64,000 nt of DNA from the human T2T-CHM13v2.0 reference genome, Homo sapiens, in assembly GCF_009914755.1 (NCBI RefSeq), contig NC_060938.1. One strand, 5' to 3'. The position numbers and the translations under genes are program-made. The notes under the pieces are model-generated. The model made no database searches and was not told the DNA's origin. It worked only from the letters and a program-made list of their open reading frames with translations. This document shows, in pieces, positions 1-11,300 of this stretch (within the stretch, counting starts at the first letter, position 1; each line of letters starts with the position of its first letter).

Positions 1-101
1 AATTCACCAGTACTTATGGGGTAAAAAGAAAGTGGTAGGATTCTGCTTCTAGTTTATAAAATATAGTTGTTAAAATTCTCACTTTTGCTCCTTAGAGTTA
101 T

Positions 102-140
102 ACACACACACACAGAGAAAAGAGAGAGAGAGAGAGAGAG
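102..140. repeat. Compound (CA)n/(GA)n microsatellite
   Basis: acacacacacac followed by agagagagagagagagagag. Confidence 0.9.
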
Positions 141-2946
141 AAAAGAAGAAGGGCTGAGATTTTTAAAACTTTTTATATGTTGGTGTCTTTTATTCTCAAA
201 ACTTTATTCAAGAAACATTAATACTTATTAAGCACTTAGTATGTTTTCCAGGTACTATTTCCATCTTAATTGCCTTGCTTTTTCATTTTCATGAGTTTCA
301 TTCCACTAGATACCTCAGATAATCTCCCTAAGTACTACCTTTCCCGCAGAAAGAAAGAAGAAAAAAATCCAACAGCTAAAACCTGTGGTTCTTTATCTTT
401 TTTTTTTTGAGGGCTGTTACCAGGCAACTGAAACTCCACTCTTTCAAATGGAGAAGATAACTCAAAATATCCTAGAAGTGTTTCAATCCACTCTAAATTT
501 CATATCTCGCCACTGCTACCTCCAAACAACTATTTAGGATCCTAAAACCCTGGCTGGTATAGAGTTTCTAACTGCCCACACACTATCCAGAATGCGGCTC
601 TGTCTAAACTCCTTAATGTTCCCCAGGAATCTCCTAACAGGATAATCTTGAATCATCACTGAATTTTTTTATCACCCATATCTTTCCATCTCAACTTATC
701 CTGGAATGGAACAAGCTGTGACCAGGCATGGGACTGACCCAGAGCTTGATTTGAGAGATCTCTCTGTCCCTAGGCCCAAGTTTAATATGGCAACTCTTTG
801 AAGGAATTCTCCCCCAAGGACTATGCAAGTTGAGTCTGCACACTGTGGTTCTCTTTTTAGTTTAGCAATGGGGACTCAATTAATTTTTAGGAGCAAACAG
901 GTTTCTGTGGAAGCCACCTAATGTCTATACTTATCATGACTATTTTTAGTGGAGCGGATCCACATGATCTCCTGATTGGCACTGTTCAACATCTGACCAA
1001 TTCAATAGTTTAAGTTGTCCTCACTGTCATCTCCTTGAATATACCAGGCTACAGCGTACTGAAGCAGAATAAAACATTCTTGCAAATCTAAGCAAAGGAA
1101 CCTAGGGGGTGGGATGGGCATCTTTCAAGTACTATCGTGACAATTGTTGTTTATATCTAATTCTGAGATTCTGCTCCCCAAAAGTGTATATATGGTCCCA
1201 CATTCCTTTCAATCATCCTCTCCATTTTTAATTACAGGGTGTCAATACAATAACATATTTTTAAAACTTTCCTTTGCATATGTATGGATTCTCCATTAAA
1301 GAGGGGAACCTTATGGAGTCCTGCAGGTTTAGAGTAAAATTCTATTTGGTTTGAATGTCAAGGCAGAAACAAGTTTGTTTCTAAATGATAGAATAGTTAC
1401 TCCAGGCTAAGTTATTCCACATTTCCTTTAATTACTGGTACTGGGTTTTTATCTATCAGTACTATCAGCTTTGCAAACCTCAGGCCAACAATCACAGAAG
1501 TTGAGACAGCACCGTGAAGGGAAATCAACCTAGTCAAGCTAAAGAAACTTGCATCTGCATTTCTCCCAAGCTGAATCACAAACAGTCCACACCCATCCTG
1601 ATCCCTCTTCAAATAATTTCTTCATTTACTTGTGTGGCACTTCCTGACAGTAAGGAATGGGCTTGACTGGATGAGCTATTATCTCATTAGGATTTGTGAA
1701 GGAACCAAACAGACTGGAATGCTTTCCACCAGCCCCCCTCCCACCACCCCTCTCCATCTCCCGGCCCGGGCCACCGTTTGTACTGTTTGCCTTTTCTCAG
1801 TTTCTGTGTTGTCCAAGAGAGATAGATAAGCTCCTGAAATGATTACTACCACCCTGCATTAGCTTTCAAAGCCACTAACAACTTTTCCATGTTTGGTAAC
1901 TAATGTGTGATAGAAATGTTGACAATGTAAAGCGAGAACTAAACCACAGACCAGAACCTCTCAGAATAAATGGAAATCACCTAAAGGTTCTCTGGGAGCC
2001 CCTTCCACAGTTCTGTTCAAAACACGTGTGACTTTTAAGGTAAGATTGAATTTCATTGGGTTTTAATCAGCAGGAATGCCAAGAACGGTAATATAAGTAA
2101 ACGTATTGGGGTTTTCTGTTTCAATATGATAGTTTTAAAATGAATTTTATTTTTTCCACTTTGTCCTTGTAGATCCAGAAGAAAATCATGCAGTCTCTAA
2201 ATCTGATATCCTAGAAGAACTACAAAATTTGATATTCATTGAGAAACATGGTAAATCCCCACACAGGAGGAGATCAATGCACAATGCTGTCCCTTCACTT
2301 TGCTGCGTGTATTCCTGCTGCTGGAGGCTCATTTATAACAGTGTACCTGGAGCCATAAGGTCATGGCTAGGGTCTCTTTCTATGGTACAACAAGGACAGA
2401 TGGATATTATAATTCAGCTTGAGAGACTAAAAGAGAAAATAAGGCAGATGGCTTGCTAAATATTTGCTTCATTTCAGGGCCATGCTAAGTTTCCTTTGGC
2501 TGTTGATTGAAAGCCTGTTGCTGAAAAAACCCTGAGGCTGCACTGCAGCAACTGCTGTGTCTAACTAAGCCGGGCGATGCTGAAGGCACGTTGCCCCACA
2601 TTTCTCCACATTGTCTTGGGCTCCTAGAAATAATATAGCCAATGAGGCGCTCTTAGCAACGTTGTTCTCACTTGGGTTGATAAGGAGTGAACAAGTACTC
2701 CCTAGCTGAGCTTTTCCTCCCAGAAGACCTCAGACTGAATTAGGAATGCCTTCACAAACAAAGCAAGGAGGAAAATAAACATGCTTACGCTTAACCATAT
2801 TCAAACGTCAGTGACTGGAACAGCCTTTTTTGAGGCAACATAGTAGAGAGTGACATTGGTTTCCATTGCGGCCTATTGGTGATAAATATGTGATGTGTAC
2901 ATTTAAAAGGGTAGCACTCACTTCATCTGAGCCTTTCTTTTTCAAA

Positions 2947-3215
2947 ACCTACTGTGTGCCTGGCATTGCTCAAGATGATGGAACTACGGTGGTTGAGAGG
3001 TAGGAGACAATGACGTAAACTATGCCAACATAATTTTGGATTGTGAAGGAAACAAACAAAGATCGGATAGCATTAATAGGGCTGCGAGGAGACGGATGGT
3101 TAGTCCACGTGGGAATGGAGGAAGAATCAGCCACACAGGGAGCCAGAGAAGCCATCCCCACAGAGGACACAGCAAATGCAAAGGCCATGAGGCAAGAAAG
3201 AATAGAAAATGCTCA
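2947..3215 (-). mobile_element. L2 LINE fragment
   Basis: Typical antisense L2 phrases: cctactgtgtgcctggcattg ... cagcaaatgcaaaggccatgaggcaagaaag. Confidence 0.55.
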
Positions 3216-3989
3216 GAAACTCATGGCAGAAAGGAAAGAGTTTTTTTGTGTTTCCATTATTGTTTGATGATTCAGTCTGTATTGGAAAGCTGAGAAATAA
3301 AGGAACAAAAGTATACAATAAACAAGTATAGGTTAATTAAATGTGTTTCCTTTTTAAATCCATCTATTATTTCAGACATTTTCTGGAGAGAAGAACAACT
3401 TTTTTTAAAAAAAAAATTTTTTTAATGGCAACTCGATATAATGTTTGGCTTGTTTTTTCTTTTGGGTGCTCAGCAAAATGCTGCAAAAATGGTCTGCATG
3501 TTAACCCTTGATTTAGATTGTTTTCTCAAACATACTCCCTGAACGCATGCTGTTAAGCTACATATAGAGCCCTAGTGTTGAATCCTTTCTTACTTCATCT
3601 TTCTTCGAGAAGCCTTCTCCTGGCAACACCTAGATTTCAATTTAAACAGACTCACGTATGGTAACAAATCAACTCCCCTAGGCACAGAGTGGACTGTGCC
3701 AGGCCTTTAACTAAGATTCCACAGGGGTCTACTGATCTAGGACTCTAATTAGGTGGAGTTCACTCATTGCAGGATGACACAGCTCTTCATAAGGCAAAGA
3801 CCACCTTGTGCATTAATTAGGGCAAAGTTCTGTTTGAGACTCAGTCTCTGGACAGCCTTAGCAGAGCAGCAGGTTTGGTGTCCTTGTCATCTCTGTGTTA
3901 CGGCCTTCTAAGTCTGCATCCCGCTGAGCCTTAGTCTATGTGCAGAATCAAATACACTTTCTTCTGCTTGGTTGATTTTGATATTTCAA

Positions 3990-4100
3990 TACATGATAAA
4001 TGATTGCCAATCAATCAGCTGGATCATTGCACAGAAAATCCAATCTGATCATCATGTTCACATCTCGTTGTTTTATTCAATTAATGAACAAACAGGACCA
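3990..4100. promoter_or_regulatory. Candidate enhancer core (PBX/HOX site and E-box)
   Basis: ATCAATCA (TGATTGAT on -) at 4010-4017, TGATTGcCAATCA palindrome at 4001-4013 and CAGCTG at 4016-4021, all in repeat-free sequence. Confidence 0.35.
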
Positions 4101-4689
4101 ACCACAAAGAATTTTGGTTCCTGAACAATAACTTAGACTCATAAACTTCCCAACAGAAACCTGATGAAAACCAATCAATTTAAGGCACATGTATACAAAC
4201 ATGGCATATGTAATGAGTAAAACATAAATTAGTAAAAAAACAAAAACAAAAACAAAAAACTTCAGAAATCTATATTTCTTATTGCATCACTGAAATAAAT
4301 CAGTCTCTAATATATTCAGATTTAACTCTCTTATGCTTACTCTTGTTCACTACTCTCAGCTTGTGTTTCTGAAAAGTTTTATGTAAACCCAAGTTCTGTA
4401 AACTGAATTGTATTTCAGATACATTAATTTATTGCTTAAATTATAAATCTGTTTGTAATTAATGAAGTCTTCTCAAACATGTCTCTGGTGCAGAGTTGGA
4501 ATTTCATATAACAGCTTTACTTAAAAGGCAGGTTTTGTTGCAAAATTTTGTGTTTCCCAGCTAATTTGTAACACTCATTAGTAAACCTAAATTTGTGGTC
4601 GGACTCATCCATGAAAAAACAAAAGAAAGTCTTATTTCTGTATTCTAAAAAAAGTCGGGTTGGGGGAGCAGTTTGTGTTTCCAAATCAT

Positions 4690-4870
4690 ATAAGCTGGAG
4701 CCAGGGGTGGGGGGGGAATGTAAATACGAATTCTCTATCATGCATATTTTCTTTTGTGAGGGGTTTGACTGCAATACGATTAAATAGAATATACTCATGT
4801 GCACTGCTTGTTAAGACAGCATTTTTTTTGTTAAATGGCCATGTCAAATAAACATGATTTATGTCCCCTT
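4690..4870. promoter_or_regulatory. Candidate enhancer core (TALE-FOX-PBX/HOX cassette)
   Basis: Abutting TGTCA (4842-4846), ATAAACA (4848-4854) and TGATTTATG (4855-4863). Confidence 0.4.
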
Positions 4871-7799
4871 TTTGTTACCCATAATCTTGTTGTCCATCTA
4901 AATCTTTGTGACATACTATCTCCAGGTTACCTGGAGCTTTGTCAAATCTCCCAGAACCCAACCTCTCTCCTTTCTCCCAACTTCTTGAAAATCTTCCTCT
5001 TGCTGTCCTATGTGAGAGAAACCTTTTATTTTTTAATGCTTTTTATATCAGAAAGACCAATGGTTTATTTGAGGGAAATGTATTTAATATTTAAATACAT
5101 ATAAAAATAAATGGCATACAAACCATTCTACTTACGTTTTATTAAGCTCATTAAAAGGGGATAAAATGGATTCAGAAGACACAGGAACTTAAAAATCAGC
5201 GCCATTAGAACCACTTGAGCAAAATCAAAACTGAATGAATGGAAAACATGCACAATTTTAGTCACTGCGAATGTGAACTCACAGAAATAAGAAGATCTGG
5301 TTTCTAATTGTTTCACATATCTGTTTTACATTCAGCGTTCTCCTCCACGTCATATTTGCTAAAGAGATCTTCGTCGTCAATAGCAGTCTGCAGTGTACCA
5401 GAGCAGAGTTTAAAAATCACCTTAGGTATGTACAAGCCTCCTTTCTCATGTAAGTATTATAGAATGAGAATCTAATAAAGAATGTTACGTGTATATTCTA
5501 AACTGCGTATTGCAAAGTTTCATCATTAGACTTGAACTCAGTCAACTTTAACAACGACTACCAGCAGCCCCTTTCAATTAATCTGTTCATACATTACTTT
5601 TCCATATAACTAAGCTAGTTTGGAGTTGAAAAGGAAGAAAAATGTGTTTGAAACCACTGATTCTTTTTCATTCATTTTCTTCCAAATTAAAGGAAATGAC
5701 ACTATGTTTATTCCAATATTTTAATAAAATTTTCTCTAAGATTTAAAAAAATATACTACTCTGAATGTAGGTTGGTATTTTTTTTAAAGGTTGCATTATA
5801 AATCAAAACTCCTAAAAATAGGAGTTTATGGTGGGATTGACAGTATTTTAACTTTAAAGGCATGAGGGTGTCCTTTTACAGAGGCCTAAATCAAATACAG
5901 AAAAAAGTGATGTGTTGCCAGGATGTTCAATGCACTTTCCTTTAATTGCCATATATAGTTAATAGCCTGGTCATTTTTTTCTAAATAAAATAAGTCAGAA
6001 AGTTGCAAGCAACTCGATTACACAATATCTTACCATGCAACGTATCAAAAACAAAGAATTTAATCGTTCTGTGGTCTGGGTTGAATTCAACACTGAAATC
6101 TTTTCATTGAACTTCACAGCAACAAAGAATTTCAGACTTTCAGATGACCATCTTTGAAGTTGGATAGAACTCTGACCATATTACGATTGTCTGATACTGA
6201 AAAAGGACAAAGTACAGAATCCAGTATTCCAACCAAGATTTGGGCTGATCTGAGAAACTGGAGAAAAGTACTGTGAAGGAATTGCAGATATAGAATGACT
6301 GGATAGGTCATTTGATCTTGCTTCTGAGACTGAACTTAAAAACCTGTTTCAGATTAAACAGCATTTCATTGCTTTCTTTTTTCTTTTTTTCACACAAAAA
6401 TACTCCTACAGATTAAAAGAAACCATCAGAATGGAAGTAAAAGAATTATGCAGTATATATTATATCTACATAGGTCCGGAAAGTTCCTGAAATTTACTCA
6501 AGCTTTACTCAAAATATTGACACTATTTAGTATCAAACCAAACTCCGGGAGTACACAGAGGGCCTTCCTACAATGCATGTGATCAGGGACAGCAATGATC
6601 TTATCCCATAATATATCACAAAACAGTGGAAAAAAATCATCTCATATTTTTAGAAATCATGCTCTTATTAGCTCAAATATATAGTTTAGGCAGTCAACAT
6701 TTTGTGGCTTCCATCATTTTCAAAGATTATGCTGCACAAAATTGTATAGAGAGTATTTTGACTTACACATTGACTTTTTTAAATATAGGAGTGATTGTAG
6801 CAATAGCATTGATTGTAGCTTTAATTTACATTATCAAGAAAACTACACCAAATAAATTCAAATTATATTTATATAATTTTGATATAAATCTTGAATCAGA
6901 TAAGTCTCAACATTTAATAAATGTTTTTACCACATTAATTTGCATTTTAACAGTATTTTCCGCACAGAAAATCTGTGATGCATATTTAATTATGGCATGG
7001 AATTTTTTATTATACTTTCTTATGTAGTTTAGAATATATAAAATTAAATATAATTATACTTTTGTTCACAGAATAATTTTAAATGCTATTCTTCATTAAT
7101 GGTCAAAATATTAACTGCTAATTATTGAAAAATTCAAATTTTTATCTCAAGAAGTAAATTAAAAATACAGAAACTGAAAAGTATACAATAAAATACTTAA
7201 ATACATAATTTTAGAGGTTGTGTGAAAATAGTGTCTTTATTTGAAATATTCTGAAATAAACATTTTTTCAAATGTTTAAATAAATTTTTTTTAAATAAAC
7301 TTAGAACATGTAATTAGATGAAGCAAAATCAATGATACATCAAATTACATGCACATCATCAGAGGAGAAATAATTGTATCAATGTAAAAAGCTAAACCTA
7401 AAATAACAAAACTGGTAAAATTTTGTTCTTATGACTCCGGAAATATGCCATCACCACTTTATATTTATTTTTATTACACGTGTTTAATTTTCAATTAGTT
7501 AGACTATTATTCATTCTCTTACAATTAACACCGAGCTTAAGAGTTTGAACTAAAAAAAAAAATCACCTAGCTGTTTCTAATGACTTAAATTCATTATACC
7601 TTCAATTCTTTTTGAAACTGAAATTCTTCGCGATTAGAAAGCCAAGTGTCCTGAGAATATTTTTGCTTAAATCTAGTCCAATTTCTGAAACAATATAAAT
7701 ACACAAAAATATGCCATACATGCAAGGTACACGTTCTTAAAGAAGCTGGAAGCTTCGCTGAACTATCTTGGGACAAGAACTAAGCAGGGAGCAGAACCG

Positions 7800-7820
7800 T
7801 GCTGGCACCTAGTGGCGGAC
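7800..7820 (-). promoter_or_regulatory. Candidate CTCF site
   Basis: Minus strand reads CCGCCACTAGGTGCCAGCA, one mismatch from the CCACYAGRKGGCR core, within a small CpG-retaining patch. Confidence 0.5.
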
Positions 7821-8605
7821 GGCGGTAGGACAGTTGTCTACCTTGGCTCTCAGGCACGTTGGGAGAACACATTTTAATTATTTTAATCTATGCTTTCTAT
7901 CACACATATTTGAAAGGAAGATAAATGAAAAGTATCTGGAGTAATTAATCCTAACTATGCAACCAAATGTTATGATTTTAATTTTATGCAAGGACAGAAA
8001 GAAAATTTGGAGGGGTAGAAGTGGTGGAGAGGAAAAAGACCAGCTGTGGTGAAAAATATAACGTGGTGAAAAGACTTGTGCAATTTTCTTTTCCCTTGAT
8101 ATGTTCTGCCAAAGCTGGTCACACTAGTCTGTTCTCCATCAAGCAAAGAATTTTGATGAAATCAAGTGACCGGCTGTTTGTGAAGTTCAGTCTGTATTTG
8201 GGACATAAGTAACCAAATAGTACTTATACTACTTATACACTAAATTTGGAGTTTTCAAACTAAAATATTATGTGCAGAGGTATAGTTATTTTTCCTTCAT
8301 GGCACTTTTTAGTAGGAGGGTAAATTTAGATTTGAGCCCCTCCCCTAGTCCACCCCCATCTTTTGGGACTGGGGAAGGTATGGTTCCAGTAGAGAGCTGC
8401 TTCTGCCTTAGAAGGCAATGAGTCAGAAACGCAAATCTGAGCAAAGGCGGAATTACTACTACATGCCAGAGAGAGTCACACATCAGTCAAGTCCACCAAG
8501 TGAACTCTATAGTCTTCCCAATTGTGAGACTCTATGATTTGCTGAAGAAAGAATTCTATTATATTTTCCTACATAGGGAGATAGATTTTAGTCACTGTCC
8601 CTGTG

Positions 8606-8892
8606 TTTAAGACTGAGTCTCACTCTGTCACCCAGGCTGAAGTGCAGTGGTGCAATCTCAACTCACTGCAGCTCTCTGCCTCCCGGGTTCAAGTGATTCT
8701 CCTGCCTCAGCCTCCCGACTAGCTAGAATTACAGGCACGCTCCACCACACCCGGCTAATTTTTGTATTTTTAGTAAAGACACCCTTTCACCATGTTGGCC
8801 AGGCTGGTCTTGAGCTCCTGGCCTCATGTGATCTGCCCGCCTTGGCCTCCCAAAAGTGCTGGGATTACAGGCATAAGTCACCGCACCTGGCC
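8606..8892 (-). mobile_element. AluS (Sx/Sz-like), almost no poly(A) tail
   Basis: Full dimeric Alu in antisense; only ttt precedes aagactgagtctc. Confidence 0.93.
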
Positions 8893-10729
8893 CTAGGCTT
8901 GTTTTGTATCATGTCTTAGACATGTAGGGGTTTATTTCAGAGCACACAAATGAACTATTCTAAGTATTCACACTATTGGAGGGCTGCTTCTGTCCCTCTG
9001 AGTCCCTGCCCTGCTGCTATATGTAAGACCAAGATGAACTGCCCCTGGTAAATCGGTCCTTGTGAAAGTCTGGGGAAATGCCAGGTAACCCAGTGACAGT
9101 TCCACTTGGCTCTTTGTAGCTTACACAGTACCAAACCTGAGAGAGCACTGCAAAGTCAGGTCAGGAAGGTTTCGCCAAGGCTTGGAAATAAGAACAGGGT
9201 ATGAGTCTTATACCACCTAACTGGGCCTTCCAGTTAGCAAGAAGCCTTTGTTTAAAAAGCTGGCTAAGAAACCTCCTAGTAACATATTTCCCTGTAACAA
9301 GTTTAATTAATTAATTGAAAAAATACATAGTAAAAGATGTTTATATTAAATATAAAATTATCACCACTAAATTTATTAGAGGAGATAAAAGGCAACAGAT
9401 TGGGCCTAATTCACTCCAAGAAAAGGATACCCAATTCCCTCTGAAATCCCAAATTCATACATATAAAAATTCTGCTCTAATCCTTCTCCATTTACATCAC
9501 AGAGCCATGCTCCCGTGTTGGCCTCTGTACTGAAGAGTGACCAGAGGTAAATGCAGGTGCCTCTGGCCAGTTGTCAAGGTCATATCCTGAATCCTGTCGA
9601 CACCTGGGACCCTAGCCCAGCATACTGTCGGGCAAGGACAAACCCATAGCCTGCCATTAATAGGGGAGGAAAGACATGTGGACAAGTAGCAGACAAAAGT
9701 GATTGTCCCAGTGGGCTTTGAGAAATTGTTATGGGAGTCCAGAGGAAGAAAACTGCCTTCAGCTTGCGGTAGGAGTTGGCAGGTTGCGGGTGGAGGGCAT
9801 AGGGTATCAAGGAAGGCTTTCTGAAGGAGGCAGCTGGGCCTTGAGAGATGACTAACACTTAGTAAACCATGCTGGGGGAGGAAACATCACAGATAGTGAG
9901 AGGATCTCCTCTCTCCCTCATCCACACAGGCTGTGGAGAGCGACATCTGTTCCACAGTCTTCTCCCTGAAGGGTGGGGCTCCAAGGGCCGGCTCCAGTGT
10001 AAGCATAAACAAGTGACTACGAATGTCCTATTCAATACACAAGAAAACTCATGAACATTTGTAAAGCATTTCTAAGCCACAGAATTCATATGTGCCTCCT
10101 TAACAAAGATAAATTTCACATTTTTCCCTTTCTCACAGTTTGTCCCATCTTCTCTCATTTTATTGAGTAGAATGAGCCTTACCTCAAAAGCCAAACAAAC
10201 ACTGACCCAAGATGAGATGCCCTAAAGCTAGGTCCACTGCCTGAAGCTGACTCATCCCATCACAGTTTATTTTTGTTGTGTGAATCAATTCTAATTTTCA
10301 AACTGAAATATATGATGGTTTATCATCATTTTGACCTTTTCATAACACCGCTGGTACAGTTGCTGAGAACATGCCAAATCATGTTGATTTCTTCCTTTTT
10401 CTAGGAGTGTTCATCCTAGTCAGTCTTCTCAGGACAACCAAAAGCCAAAACCGAAACAAACCAAAAACCTCTTTCCCCTGACTCAGATTATTATTATTTT
10501 TAGTTCTTCAGGACTACCTGTGAGGATAAGAAGAAGTGGTTACCCAGTCCATCAGCAAAATGTCCCCATAATCCTTTCAAACTACTGAGAAATAAGGTAT
10601 GTTATCTTCACTTAATGAAGAAACTGAGACATAAAAGTAAAGAATATTGCTACAAATGGAGGCAGAAATACAAGTTGATACCATGTGCCCAAGTGAGACA
10701 TCTCATTTTTAGCCTGTGTAAGACAAATT

Positions 10730-11300
10730 TTAACCATATAATCCAGAAAATCCACTTCTGGGCATATACCCCAAAGAACTGAAAGCAGAGACTTGAAGAG
10801 ATATTTGTACCCCCACATTCACAGCAGCGCTATTCATGAGAGGCAAGAGGTAGAAGCAACCCGTGTTCATCGACAGATGAATGGAAAAACAAAATAAAGT
10901 ATATCCATACAAATGGAATATTATTTAGCCTTAAAAAGGAAGGACATTCTGACACATGCTAACATGAATAAACGTTGAGGACATTATGCTACATGAAATA
11001 AGCCAGTCCTAAAAGGACAGATACTGTGCAATTCCACTTATATATGGTATATACCTAGAATAATCAAATTCATAGAAACAGAAAATAGAATGTTGGCATC
11101 AGGGGCTGGGGGAGAAGATAATGGGGAGCTAGTGCTTAATGGGTACAGAACTTCAATTTTGCAACAGGAAAAGAGTTCTGGAGATGAATGGTGGAGATGG
11201 CTGTGCAATAATGTGAATGTACTTAATGCCACTGAACTATACACTTAAAAATGGTTAAGATGGTAAATTTTATGTTATGTGTATTTTGCCACAATAAAAA
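10730..11300 (+). mobile_element. L1MB-type 3' end
   Basis: ccacttctgggcatatacccc ... atggtaaattttatgttatgtgtattttgccacaataaaaa. Confidence 0.85.

Noticed and set aside
4656-4716. Possible G-quadruplex
   Set aside because: The central loop of about 37 nt is too long for a canonical four-tract motif.
5313-5390. Acidic peptide TAIDDEDLFSKYDVEENAECKTDM* on the minus strand
   Set aside because: Short, behind a weak acceptor, with no recognisable homologue; likely chance.
6626-7027. 133-aa hydrophobic ORF, the longest in the track
   Set aside because: Non-ATG start in very AT-rich DNA. The I/L/F/Y bias follows from base composition, and no family motif is recognisable.
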